A stretch of DNA of 26,941 nucleotides from a virus (lineage: Duplodnaviria; Caudoviricetes). Location: IMG/VR virus record IMGVR_UViG_3300020043_002101, positions 1 through 26,941 of that record. One strand, given 5' to 3'. Positions 7,806 to 18,579 of this stretch are shown here, in pieces. A program made the position numbers and the translations under genes. The notes under the pieces are model-generated. The model was given only the letters and a program-made list of their open reading frames with translations. It did not search any database and was not told where the DNA came from. Numbering within the stretch: the stretch's first letter is position 1; each line of letters opens with the position of its first letter.

Positions 7806-8003
7806 TTCCAGCTCCATCTCTGCGATATGGCCTGTCGCTTGCTGCATGATCTTGGCATAGTAAAAGTTCTGCCGCACCAGCGACGCACATAGCTCTCGCA
7901 CCTGGTCAGCGTCATGATGGTGTAGGACGCTACGAGCCTGCGCTTCAATATGAAGCTCTTCTTCAAGCGTCCATTCAACAATCATCCACTGGCCCCAACT
8001 CAT
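7638..8003 (-). CDS. nblA: NblA-like phycobilisome degradation adaptor (putative)
   Basis: MSWGQWMIVEWTLEEELHIEAQARSV..DADQVRELCASLVRQNFYYAKIMQQA resembles the NblA two-helix pattern (LSLEQQF..QV..EQA..L..L.RQ). The C-terminal part overlaps the sigma gene antisense. Pattern recognition only. Confidence 0.55.
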   Translation of the reverse strand: MSWGQWMIVEWTLEEELHIEAQARSVLHHHDADQVRELCASLVRQNFYYAKIMQQATGHIAEMELESFLGGEHQPEAADSAIMSLTYPAARDTKPLSNLLLRLLRAIQTMIRRDNMPIDLI

Positions 8004-8172
8004 GACGGATCGGCCACTACCACCCAAGCTACAGAAGGTGGGCGATATGTGGCGCGTGACGTATGGATCAATCGTGAAGGAACATCGCCAGGATTGGCAA
8101 GCAATCTGGCACTATGAGCAGCTGTGTGAGTATTACCGACTGGAATGCGATCGGCTCAAGGATTGGCAATGA
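8002..8172 (+). CDS. Small hypothetical protein (56 aa, absent from ORF track)
   Basis: MTDRPLPPKLQKVGDMWRVTYGSIVKEHRQDWQAIWHYEQLCEYYRLECDRLKDWQ. It fills the gap between the nblA-like start and the lysin stop. Confidence 0.6.
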   Translation: MTDRPLPPKLQKVGDMWRVTYGSIVKEHRQDWQAIWHYEQLCEYYRLECDRLKDWQ

Positions 8173-9325
8173 TCGCCCAGCCGGTGCCAGGGCCTTCTAC
8201 CATCCAGCGCGGCCCCCAGTTTTTGCGGCTATAGGCCAGGCCGCCGCCGCGATTGCCGGCGTAGGTGCCTTCAGCTACTAGCATCTCACCCCACGGATCA
8301 TTGACGATGACGGCTGTAGGCGTGGTGCCGATCACGATCAGCCAATGACCGCCACCTGATGGCGCTGCAGCTGGCCCATGATGCAGGAAGCCACATGGCA
8401 CGGGGATGCCGCGGCCGATCTGCTGTTCAAGATCAGACCATCCGCAGTTCTGGCGAAACTTCGCCGTGATGCCATAGGTAGCTAGCACCTTGATTTGCGC
8501 CTGCGGGTCAGTGGAATCACCAAAGCGCTGCACCACTTTGAGGTAGGTGTCATCTGCATTGGCGCCCTTCAGCGCATCAGGCCGCAGGAAGGCCACAAGC
8601 ATGGCGCAGCTGCTGCTGAAGCACATGCGATGCGCCTGCCCTGCTACCTGCGAATCGCGCTGGCTGTAGTACGGCACCTTGAGCGGTCCGATTGCACCCG
8701 ACTGCTGCTGCAGTGGCCCGCAGAACAAGGCAACTTCAGCCGCGCGCCTGCGCTCAAGGCCAGCTAGCACGGCCTCGCCAGCATGTACCCACTTCGGCAG
8801 TTCAGCGCGCACGACATCGCAGGCATCCTCGCCAGCCAGCAGGCGCTTCCGTAGCGTGCTGCCTTCTAATGCGCCAAGGCCGAGATTATAGGCGAAGCTG
8901 GTGATGGCAGCCACCTGCTCCGGCCGCCAGGTGCGCGCCATCGGCAGCAGCTTGAGCACGCCAGCACCGTAGATGTGCTCCACATCATTGGCCAGCATCT
9001 CATCAGCCATCGCCTGGCTGATGGTGTCGCCAATCTTGACTGGTGCGTCAAGCAGCTTGGTGGATCCCCAGCCGATGGTTGGTACGCCGGCAGGGCAGAG
9101 ATATGCCTGCAGTCGGCAACCCTCAAACTCCTTGATGATCTTCAATGCTGGCGCTAGCCATGATGGCGCCAGTGGTGGCTTCACATCAGGCGCTGCGCGA
9201 TACAACTCAGCGAACTCCGCCAGCTGATCAGCGCTTAGCTGCTCCTGCAGCCAGTTCCATGCTGCTAGCTGATGTGGCTGCGCCTTGTACCACTTCGCAG
9301 CATCCGCGAGTTGGATGATACCCAC
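8156..9325 (-). CDS. Modular endolysin: N-terminal helical domain + GH24 lysozyme + C39-like cysteine peptidase
   Basis: GH24 motifs IKEFEGCRLQAYLCPAGVPTIGWG, SFAYNLG and GLERRRAAE. Peptidase motifs VPYYSQRD..CFSSSCAM..GGGHW..VNDPWG. Confidence 0.9.
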   Translation of the reverse strand: MGIIQLADAAKWYKAQPHQLAAWNWLQEQLSADQLAEFAELYRAAPDVKPPLAPSWLAPALKIIKEFEGCRLQAYLCPAGVPTIGWGSTKLLDAPVKIGDTISQAMADEMLANDVEHIYGAGVLKLLPMARTWRPEQVAAITSFAYNLGLGALEGSTLRKRLLAGEDACDVVRAELPKWVHAGEAVLAGLERRRAAEVALFCGPLQQQSGAIGPLKVPYYSQRDSQVAGQAHRMCFSSSCAMLVAFLRPDALKGANADDTYLKVVQRFGDSTDPQAQIKVLATYGITAKFRQNCGWSDLEQQIGRGIPVPCGFLHHGPAAAPSGGGHWLIVIGTTPTAVIVNDPWGEMLVAEGTYAGNRGGGLAYSRKNWGPRWMVEGPGTGWAIIANP

Positions 9326-9327
9326 GA

Positions 9328-9489
9328 TCAGCGGCGGCGCTTTTTGTTGTTCTGACTATTGGCGATGCCTTGCAATGCACCGATGATCAGCTGTACCCAT
9401 CCGTTGGCTTTGACCTCCGGCAGGTAGCTCAGCAGTTCACTGCCGGCCAGCAATGCAACCGCGATTGCTGCAATTTCTTCAGCCGTCAT
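9328..9489 (-). CDS. Putative holin (53 aa, absent from ORF track)
   Basis: MTAEEIAAIAVALLAGSELLSYLPEVKANGWVQLIIGALQGIANSQNNKKRRR: two hydrophobic segments and a basic tail, directly upstream of the lysin. Confidence 0.7.
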   Translation of the reverse strand: MTAEEIAAIAVALLAGSELLSYLPEVKANGWVQLIIGALQGIANSQNNKKRRR

Positions 9490-9513
9490 CAGCCCGATGC
9501 GTGTGCCCCTAGG

Positions 9514-9783
9514 CTAACCGCGCGGCGCATGAGTAGCTGCTGGCGGCTGTTCCAGGTGGATGCGTGGATTCATCGCATCAATCACAAACGGCATTACTAC
9601 AGACAGGATCGCCACTGCACCCATTGCCACTGCTACCTTAGTCTCAATTTCACGCATCCGCGTGAAGAGGTTGTTCATATCATTGCGCCGTTCTGCCATC
9701 TGCACCAGGACAGATTCAATCTTGCCCTCCATGGTGCCGAGCTTATGGTAGATGTCGCCATGCGACACATGATCTGGATCCAT
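9514..9783 (-). CDS. Coiled-coil plus C-terminal TM protein (lysis-associated, XhlA/holin-like)
   Basis: SHGDIYHKLGTMEGKIESVL..REIETKVAVAMGAVAILSVVMPFVI. Start is ATG 9783 or GTG 9798. Confidence 0.65.
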   Translation of the reverse strand: MDPDHVSHGDIYHKLGTMEGKIESVLVQMAERRNDMNNLFTRMREIETKVAVAMGAVAILSVVMPFVIDAMNPRIHLEQPPAATHAPRG

Positions 9784-9807
9784 GCGCGGCTCTGTCACCT
9801 GTTCAGG

Positions 9808-10257
9808 CTAACTGCCGCTTGCTGCACCGCCGACGAAGGATACGGTGACAGTCCGTGTTAGACCACCGGCGGCGGCAGCAATCATGGCCGGTACGCTCAG
9901 CATCGAGATCGAGACATCGACATAGCCGCCGGTGCGGTGTGTTTCCTCTGGTGCTGATGCGTAGCGCCAGTAGGTAGACGCTGGCACCAGATCGGTGAAG
10001 CTAGCGTGGCCGGCCCATGCTTCAGCGCTAAGCGGGAAGCTGATGTAGCCGCCCTGCTGCTCGCGGTAGTGATCGCGCAGGAGTTTGGCCTGTGATTGCG
10101 TCAGCGCGATGAAGCCCAGCTCTAAGTTGTGCCCGTAGGCGATGGCGCCATGCTTGAAGCGGATCGAGCCGCCACCGAAGCCACGTTCCTCCGTGACGGG
10201 ATACACGCCCATGCTGTAGCGGCGTGTGGCCGGCTTCAGCGCAGGGAACTCAGCCAT
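9808..10257 (-). CDS. Tail protein (distal-tail-like), paralog of 11807-12619
   Basis: MAEFPALKPATRRYSMGVYP..L.F.ALT....L..HY..Q.G....F.LS..AW.G..YWRY...P. Confidence 0.7.
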   Translation of the reverse strand: MAEFPALKPATRRYSMGVYPVTEERGFGGGSIRFKHGAIAYGHNLELGFIALTQSQAKLLRDHYREQQGGYISFPLSAEAWAGHASFTDLVPASTYWRYASAPEETHRTGGYVDVSISMLSVPAMIAAAAGGLTRTVTVSFVGGAASGS

Positions 10258-10673
10258 CAGTTCTGCAGCGTGATGGTGCTGCTGCCGAGGCTGAATGTAG
10301 CGGCAGTGCTGCTGACATCACCTGCGAAGTCCACGTAGGCCACCAGCTCATCAGCGCTGCTGGCACCACCCCGGGACTTGTAGTACACCGCGCCCCTGGC
10401 GGTGATGGTAGCCGTGGCCCAGCTGACAGCAGCAAAGCTCAGCGTCACCTTGTCGTTCGCAGTGTCCTTGGTGACAGTACAGACTGATGCGACGCCACCT
10501 GCGGTGTAACCGGTGCCGCTGACTTCATTGGTCACGTCATCGCGCTTGTCGTGCGTGTCCTTATTTGGTGTGTAGGTACTGGTGACGAGCATCACCTTGA
10601 ACGTGTCGGTGTCGAAGTCAATGGCGCCACGCGCCATGTCGTCGATGCAGGAGTTGTAGATGAGGCTGGCCAT
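10257..10673 (-). CDS. Virion structural protein (tail or fibre subunit)
   Basis: Thr/Ser/Ala-rich, beta-type sequence DFDTDTFKVMLV..NEVSGTGYTAGG..ARGAVYY, within the tail module. Confidence 0.75.
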   Translation of the reverse strand: MASLIYNSCIDDMARGAIDFDTDTFKVMLVTSTYTPNKDTHDKRDDVTNEVSGTGYTAGGVASVCTVTKDTANDKVTLSFAAVSWATATITARGAVYYKSRGGASSADELVAYVDFAGDVSSTAATFSLGSSTITLQN

Positions 10674-10676
10674 GGG

Positions 10677-11435
10677 TCACTCGTTAGGGAAGGCTGCAAC
10701 TGGAGCGGTAAAGTTAGCGGTGTAACGCGCGACCCCCTTGGTTACGCGGAACTCATCAAGCTTGGCGTTGATCGCGTAAGAGCTGCTGTAATAATATCCA
10801 ATCTTCAAGGCGTTATCAGTTAGGTTTGTAGAGTCTGTAACCGTCGAGCCAAGTTGTGTGCCGTCGATGAACAGTCTTAAGCTAGATCCGCTTCTGGCGA
10901 CTGCAAGATGCTGCCAGGCACCTGTCGTGACTGCGCCCATTGTTGTGCCACCAGCTCCGGCCGTGGAAAGGGTCCATTGGCCGCTGATTATAGACAAGGC
11001 AAGTCCTGATGATGTTCCTCCAAATGTGAGCAGTCCATTGTTGTTGTTGCCACTGTTGACATACACCCAGCATTCAACCGTAAAGTCGCCAGTACCAAAT
11101 GCAAACTTTGCATCTGATGCAACAGTTAAGAAGTCGCCGGTGCCGTCAAGTGTTAAGGCGCCAGTTCCAAACTTTGGATCCGTTGTTGTGATCTGAGCAT
11201 TGCCATTGGCTGTTACGGCAAATGCATTTGAACTGCTGTCTGTAAACGTTGTGCTTGCGTTGCTGCCATTCATGCTCAGCAGCAGGCTCACATCATTCCA
11301 GTAAAGATCGCCTGATACCGGCCAGATGGCAGCACGCTTAGCCAAGCTCTGCTCATTCGGCGCCCACAGTCCAGAGGCGCTACCTGTGGTCGGCACACGA
11401 CGCACGCCCAGCAGTCCAGAGTTCAGGCCAAGCAT
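10677..11435 (-). CDS. LamG/concanavalin-A-like domain tail protein (putative receptor-binding)
   Basis: VSLLLSMNG..FTDSS..FGTGDFTVECWVY..WQHLAVARSGSSLRLFIDG..DEFRVTKGVARYTANF. Confidence 0.88.
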   Translation of the reverse strand: MLGLNSGLLGVRRVPTTGSASGLWAPNEQSLAKRAAIWPVSGDLYWNDVSLLLSMNGSNASTTFTDSSSNAFAVTANGNAQITTTDPKFGTGALTLDGTGDFLTVASDAKFAFGTGDFTVECWVYVNSGNNNNGLLTFGGTSSGLALSIISGQWTLSTAGAGGTTMGAVTTGAWQHLAVARSGSSLRLFIDGTQLGSTVTDSTNLTDNALKIGYYYSSSYAINAKLDEFRVTKGVARYTANFTAPVAAFPNE

Positions 11436-11803
11436 CAGCTGATCTCCTCATAGCTGATGACCAGTTCCAGGTCGCTAGCGGCACTAGCTACAGCGCGCAG
11501 GCTGTCGCCTTCTTCCAGGTAGATGTAAGCCTCGCGGGTTACCAGCACCTGAGTGGCGTCGGCCGGCACGGCGATGGTCTTGGCAAGGTAGAAGTCAGTG
11601 GTGCCGTTGTAGTAGCTCAGGCTGATGTCAGCAGCAGCACTGCCGTCCACGTTGGCGCAATAGACGCTATTGATCTTGAAGACTTTGCCGCTGGCGGCGC
11701 TATTGGTTAGTGCTGCAGCCAAGCTAGTGGTGACTGCGTAGCCTTCGGTCTTGCCAGTGACCGTCGTGACTGACGATCCACTTTTAATGTTCGGGGCTGC
11801 CAT
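11435..11803 (-). CDS. Virion structural protein (tail-fibre associated)
   Basis: MAAPNI..LTNSAASGKVFKINSVYCANVDG..IYLEEGDSL..SYEEIS, within the tail module. Confidence 0.7.
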   Translation of the reverse strand: MAAPNIKSGSSVTTVTGKTEGYAVTTSLAAALTNSAASGKVFKINSVYCANVDGSAAADISLSYYNGTTDFYLAKTIAVPADATQVLVTREAYIYLEEGDSLRAVASAASDLELVISYEEIS

Positions 11804-11806
11804 GGA

Positions 11807-12619
11807 TCAGCGCCAGTCGGTGTAGAGGTCTTGCGTCCAGTATAAGTGCGCTGCAAATCCGGCATCATCCTCGGCTGCACCCTCGGCAAACAGGAATGGC
11901 TCAGATTCTTGCCAGTTCCATGTGCTCCAGAATGCACCCTCATCAGCGGCTGCCGCTCCGCCGCCCGTTGCTGTGCCGCCGGCAAGTGATAGCGTAACGC
12001 TCTCGGTCAGACCACTGACGCCACTAGCGACGTCAGGTGCGCCAGCAGATAGCGATGTGCCGATGTTGGCCACAATGCCATTGGCAGCCCCGAAGCTGGT
12101 CGTGATCGTACCATCGAAACCTGGCACGACAAAACCAGTCGCAGCGAAAGTGATCGTGACGGTTTTGCTCAGGCCATTAGCAGCACCTGCAGCACCTGGT
12201 GCCAGCGACGCAGTGACAACGTACCAGGCGCCATCGACGAAGGCCGCATCAGGTGGCACTGTTTCAAGCGTTAGCTCGACGTTATAGCGGTCGCAATAAA
12301 CATCCTCCACCGTAGGCGGCTCGATGTAGCGCCATAGATAGCTAGTTAGCTGGTAATCAGCGGCAGTAACGCCGGACCACGCATCAGATGACAGGGCGAA
12401 ACTTTCAAACGTGCCGTATTGGCCGTTGTAGTGGCTCAGGATGCTGAGCATATCGGCCTCGGTGAGCGCCGTGAAGCTCAGCCGCACCTGGCTGGCGAGC
12501 ATCACATTGCTATGGCGCACGCGATTCTGCCAGCCGCTATAGGAATCGAACGGCGTGTGCGGATATTCGCCCGGCGTGAAGGTGCGGCCGCTTGGTTTGA
12601 TGCTGGGGAATACTGCCAT
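11807..12619 (-). CDS. Tail protein (distal-tail-like N-terminal domain + repeated strands + acidic/aromatic tail)
   Basis: MAVFPSIKPSGRTFTPGEYP...; ATG 12619 preferred. Paralogous to 9808-10257. Confidence 0.72.
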   Translation of the reverse strand: MAVFPSIKPSGRTFTPGEYPHTPFDSYSGWQNRVRHSNVMLASQVRLSFTALTEADMLSILSHYNGQYGTFESFALSSDAWSGVTAADYQLTSYLWRYIEPPTVEDVYCDRYNVELTLETVPPDAAFVDGAWYVVTASLAPGAAGAANGLSKTVTITFAATGFVVPGFDGTITTSFGAANGIVANIGTSLSAGAPDVASGVSGLTESVTLSLAGGTATGGGAAAADEGAFWSTWNWQESEPFLFAEGAAEDDAGFAAHLYWTQDLYTDWR

Positions 12620-12621
12620 CG

Positions 12622-12755
12622 CTACCACCTACCTTCCGGGCATTTTGCCTGCGGGATGCGTGCTTTCAGTTGCATCATGCAGCCGCATACCTTGCAGCGC
12701 CAGAGCGGTAGCTCAAGCTGCGGGCAGGCTTTGCAGATAGCGAGGCGGTCTTGCA

Positions 12756-12759
<4 letters not shown>
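12622..12759 (-). CDS. Small Cys-rich protein (45 aa, absent from ORF track)
   Basis: MMQDRLAICKACPQLELPLWRCKVCGCMMQLKARIPQAKCPEGRW: CxxC..CxxCGC..CP..W pattern, with an ATGA overlap at the tail-tip gene stop. Confidence 0.8.
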
Positions 12760-15361
<2,602 letters not shown>

Positions 15362-15365
<4 letters not shown>

Positions 15366-15823
15366 ATGCGCACCCCTTGACCCATAATGGCCGTGGTGAA
15401 CTTACGCGGCGGCACCTGCGTACCAACCGGCGACAGCGCAGAGCCCAGCTGTAGGGTCAGTGTCGTCAACGTGGCAGCGCCGCCTGTCACCTGGCCGGTG
15501 TAACCAGCCACTAGCTGCTGGCTGGCCTGCGGAGAATCATTGCCACTGTTGGAATCAAACTGATAGATGCTGAGGTCCACCAGGCGGCCATCAAGGATTG
15601 CGGCTTCAAATGCGTCGATCACCATACTGGTAGCGGCTGCGGTGATCGTTACATTTGATTCATCGCCACTGACGCCAGCCGTGATGCCGTCGGCAATGAA
15701 TGGTACATAAAGCCACTTGGCACTGGCCCATGTGATGCTGGTGTTGGCGTAGTAGCTCTGCCAGCGCTGGTATGTGGTGCCGCCGCTGTCGTAGATGCGG
15801 AGATATTGGCTTTGCGCTCTCAT
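15362..15823 (-). CDS. Minor tail protein
   Basis: 153 aa, between the TMP and the tail tip, coupled by overlaps. Confidence 0.7.
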
Positions 15824-17895
15824 CAGGCCATCCCCAGCGCAATGCGAGCTGATGGTGTCCGCAGCCGGCCGATCACGCCATTGGCGGTAGCCCGCATAGC
15901 ACGCTCCATGTCGGCCACCGTAACGTAGCGCTCGCCATTGAACTCCATCACCGGACCTGTTGTCACATTGATGATCGGCGCACCGCCTGCAGTAGCGCCC
16001 GCCAGGACATTACCGCCACGTGCGCCTGCCAAGTAATTGGCGCTGGCGGCTGCCATCTTGGATTCCGGCACGATGTATTCACGCTCGCCACCTTCGCCTA
16101 CCATTGCAAGTGTCGGCCTGCTTACGACACCACCCTGCGCAAACTCTGGGATGGTGAGCTTAGGAATCAACGGGATATTAGGCGCCGGCAGCCGGTTGAA
16201 TGCTGCGATCAGGATATTGATCAGGCCTGTCACGGCATTAACCCGGCCGGCCAGATATTGCAGCACGCTGCGAAACACGGCTTTGATTGTACCGACTACA
16301 GACTGAAAGGCAGTGCCGATTGCGCTGCCGATCTTCTTGAAAATATCAACGGCGCCATTATAGAGCCCCTTGAAAAACCCAAGGACTGGATCAATATAAG
16401 TGTTTTTGAACTGAACAGCGGCGTTGCTTATGAGCTTAAGCACTTGATTAAAACCGTTTGTAGCTACGGCTCCAATCTTGGCAAACAGATCGCCAAAAAA
16501 ACCAGTGACAGGCTTCACGTAGTAATTCATATAGGCTTCAGCTGCAGCGCGGATTATTGACACTAGCTTTTGGAAGCCCGCTGCAACTGCGGTGGCGACG
16601 TTAGTGAACAAGCTACCAAAGAACCCAAGGACTGGCGTTACGTAGTAGTTAACATACGCCCTGGCTGCAGCGCTGATTATTGACACTAGCTTTTGGAAGC
16701 CGACCGTAACTGCGGATCCAATCTTGACAAACAGATCGCTAAAGAATCCGATGACTGGCGTTACGTAGTAGTCCATATAGGCCTTGGCGCCAGCTTGTAT
16801 GAGGCCGCCAATCGCGCTGAAAGCGTTAGCAATAAAGCTAACTATAGCACCGAATATGCTGGCAATTTGATCGCGGAATGCATAGATCGCAACGCCAGCT
16901 GCCACGATCAATGCCACGATGCCAACGGGGCCGGTGATCAATACAGCAAACGCAGTCGCCAGCCCTGCGATAATACTGCCGGCACTTGCCAGTGCACCAC
17001 CTGCCGCAAACAATCCAGCGATGGTAGTGCCGATCGTGATCAGCGCAGAGATCGCAGGCGCCAGGGCGGCCAACGCCGCAAGCGCACCGCCGATCGCCAG
17101 GATCGTTGCCTGCACAGGGCCGGGGAGGTTACTAAATGCTTGGATCACTGCCACCAGACCATTGGCGATTGCGGTAATCGCTGGCAGTAATGCAGTGACC
17201 GCCTCATTAAATGGGCCGCTCAGGTTGCGACCGATGGCATTCAGCGCATCATTAAATTGATCTGCGCTTGCTGCCATATCGCCACTGATCGTGGCTTGAT
17301 ATTCTTCCAGCGCTGCTCTACCTTCATTGAGCATCGGGATCAGCTCGACGCCAGATTTGCCGAATAGCTGCATTGCTAGCGCAGACTTTTGCGCGCCATC
17401 TGGCATCTTTGAAAACTTGTCAGAGATGTCCAGCATTACGGCATCAAGATCGCGCACTTTACCCTGCGCGTCAGTAGTAGCGACACCGATCCCTGCAAGC
17501 GCCTTGCTAGCAGCAGATCCCGGGTCGGTAATGCGCTTGGCCAGTTGACCCATTCCCTTGGCGACGCCCTCGATGCTGCTGCCGCTATCAGCTGCAGCCT
17601 GCCCAAAGCGACTGAGCGATTCAACCGAGACGCCAGTGCGTTGGCTCATATCATTAAGGTCATCCGCGGTGTCGATCGCGTTTTTGCCGAGTGCTGCGAC
17701 GCCTGCGATTGCGGCCGCAGGCAACAAGCTGCCCATCAGTCCGCCAATGCCCTGCGCCGCCTGACCCATACGGCCGAGGCCGCCTTTGACGCCATCTGCC
17801 TGCTTGTTTAGGTTGCCGAGGCTTTTGCTGAGGCCATCAATTTCGCCCTGCCCCTGGACATCAGCCCTGACCTTAAGGACAGCATCAAGGTTCAT
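15823..17895 (-). CDS. Tail tape measure protein
   Basis: 690 aa, Ala/Gly-rich and helical. LNDMSQRTGVSVESLS, KSALAMQLFGKSGVELIPMLN, aromatic-spaced repeats and FAQGGVVSRPTLAMVGEGGEREYIVP. Follows the tail chaperones. Confidence 0.93.
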   Translation of the reverse strand: MNLDAVLKVRADVQGQGEIDGLSKSLGNLNKQADGVKGGLGRMGQAAQGIGGLMGSLLPAAAIAGVAALGKNAIDTADDLNDMSQRTGVSVESLSRFGQAAADSGSSIEGVAKGMGQLAKRITDPGSAASKALAGIGVATTDAQGKVRDLDAVMLDISDKFSKMPDGAQKSALAMQLFGKSGVELIPMLNEGRAALEEYQATISGDMAASADQFNDALNAIGRNLSGPFNEAVTALLPAITAIANGLVAVIQAFSNLPGPVQATILAIGGALAALAALAPAISALITIGTTIAGLFAAGGALASAGSIIAGLATAFAVLITGPVGIVALIVAAGVAIYAFRDQIASIFGAIVSFIANAFSAIGGLIQAGAKAYMDYYVTPVIGFFSDLFVKIGSAVTVGFQKLVSIISAAARAYVNYYVTPVLGFFGSLFTNVATAVAAGFQKLVSIIRAAAEAYMNYYVKPVTGFFGDLFAKIGAVATNGFNQVLKLISNAAVQFKNTYIDPVLGFFKGLYNGAVDIFKKIGSAIGTAFQSVVGTIKAVFRSVLQYLAGRVNAVTGLINILIAAFNRLPAPNIPLIPKLTIPEFAQGGVVSRPTLAMVGEGGEREYIVPESKMAAASANYLAGARGGNVLAGATAGGAPIINVTTGPVMEFNGERYVTVADMERAMRATANGVIGRLRTPSARIALGMA
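16330..16800. repeat. About 3.5 tandem 120-nt (40-aa) repeats in the tape measure gene
   Basis: GCTGCAGCGC.GATTATTGACACTAGCTTTTGGAAGCC recurs about 120 nt apart. The protein unit is AY..YYV.PV.GFF..LF........GFQKLVSII. Confidence 0.85.
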
Positions 17896-18221
17896 TTTTG
17901 CTGCTCACCTAATGCCTGCAGGATTTCAGCTTCGATGATCTGCAGATCGCTCAGCATCGCAGCCTCATCAGTCACTGACCGCAGTCTAAACACCCATGCC
18001 ACTGCGCCATAGTCCATCCCGATCAGTCCGCCAGGGCCAGCACGCCATTGCGTCTGGCAATCCAAGAACAGCATCAACGCCGGCCATGCGTCAGGGTCAA
18101 CCGCAAAATGCTCAGGCTCGTCAGGTTCAAACCCAACAACCCCAAGCACTGCGGCATCATCTGCTGTCTTATCAATCACGCCGCCCTTCACCCAATGACG
18201 GGCGGCGTCTCTCAGTTTTTT
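17892..18221 (-). CDS. Tail assembly chaperone, gpT-like frameshift extension
   Basis: The -1 frame is open from the slippery site (KLRDAARHWVKGGVID...) into FLDCQTQWRAGPGGLIGMDYGAV..DLQIIEAEIL. Confidence 0.85.
   Translation of the reverse strand, partial: KKLRDAARHWVKGGVIDKTADDAAVLGVVGFEPDEPEHFAVDPDAWPALMLFLDCQTQWRAGPGGLIGMDYGAVAWVFRLRSVTDEAAMLSDLQIIEAEILQALGEQQK
18178..18221 (-). other. Programmed -1 ribosomal frameshift signal
   Basis: Slippery A AAA AAC (18221-18215) just before the TGA, a 6-nt spacer, then a 9-bp stem ACGCCGCCC/GGGCGGCGT with a 13-nt loop. Confidence 0.88.
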
Positions 18222-18574
18222 GCTTTGTTGCCGGTGACACTCTCGAAGTACGCCACCACGATGCCGCTTGCCACTGCCGGGATGTCGAGCAGCTCAGCCT
18301 TGGCCTTGGCGCTGAATGGCACTTCCTCGCCATCTTCATCCAGGACATTCGCCCACCCTGCCAGCACCTCATCGGCTACTGATTGGTCGGTGATCTCAAT
18401 GCCTGGATCATTTTGCTTTGCGCGCACCTGGTCCTGGATCTCATTGATCCGCGTCTGCGGCAGTCGGTTGAAGACTGCATCGAACGTTTGCCGCTCCATG
18501 CGGCCACCATCAGCTGGCAGCCGCAACACTACCGGCCACGTATAAGTGGCAGATCGGCTAAGGACAAAGGCCAT
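18212..18574 (-). CDS. Tail assembly chaperone (gpG-like)
   Basis: MAFVL...TYTWPV..FDAVFNRLPQ..VLAGWANVLDEDGEEVPFS, ending in AKN. Lies between the tail tube and TMP genes. Confidence 0.88.
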   Translation of the reverse strand: MAFVLSRSATYTWPVVLRLPADGGRMERQTFDAVFNRLPQTRINEIQDQVRAKQNDPGIEITDQSVADEVLAGWANVLDEDGEEVPFSAKAKAELLDIPAVASGIVVAYFESVTGNKAKN

Positions 18575-18579
18575 ACAGA

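Noticed and set aside
16330-16800. Regularly spaced direct repeats resembling a CRISPR array
   Set aside because: The repeats are in frame within the tape measure gene, the intervening sequences are also homologous, and there are no cas genes.
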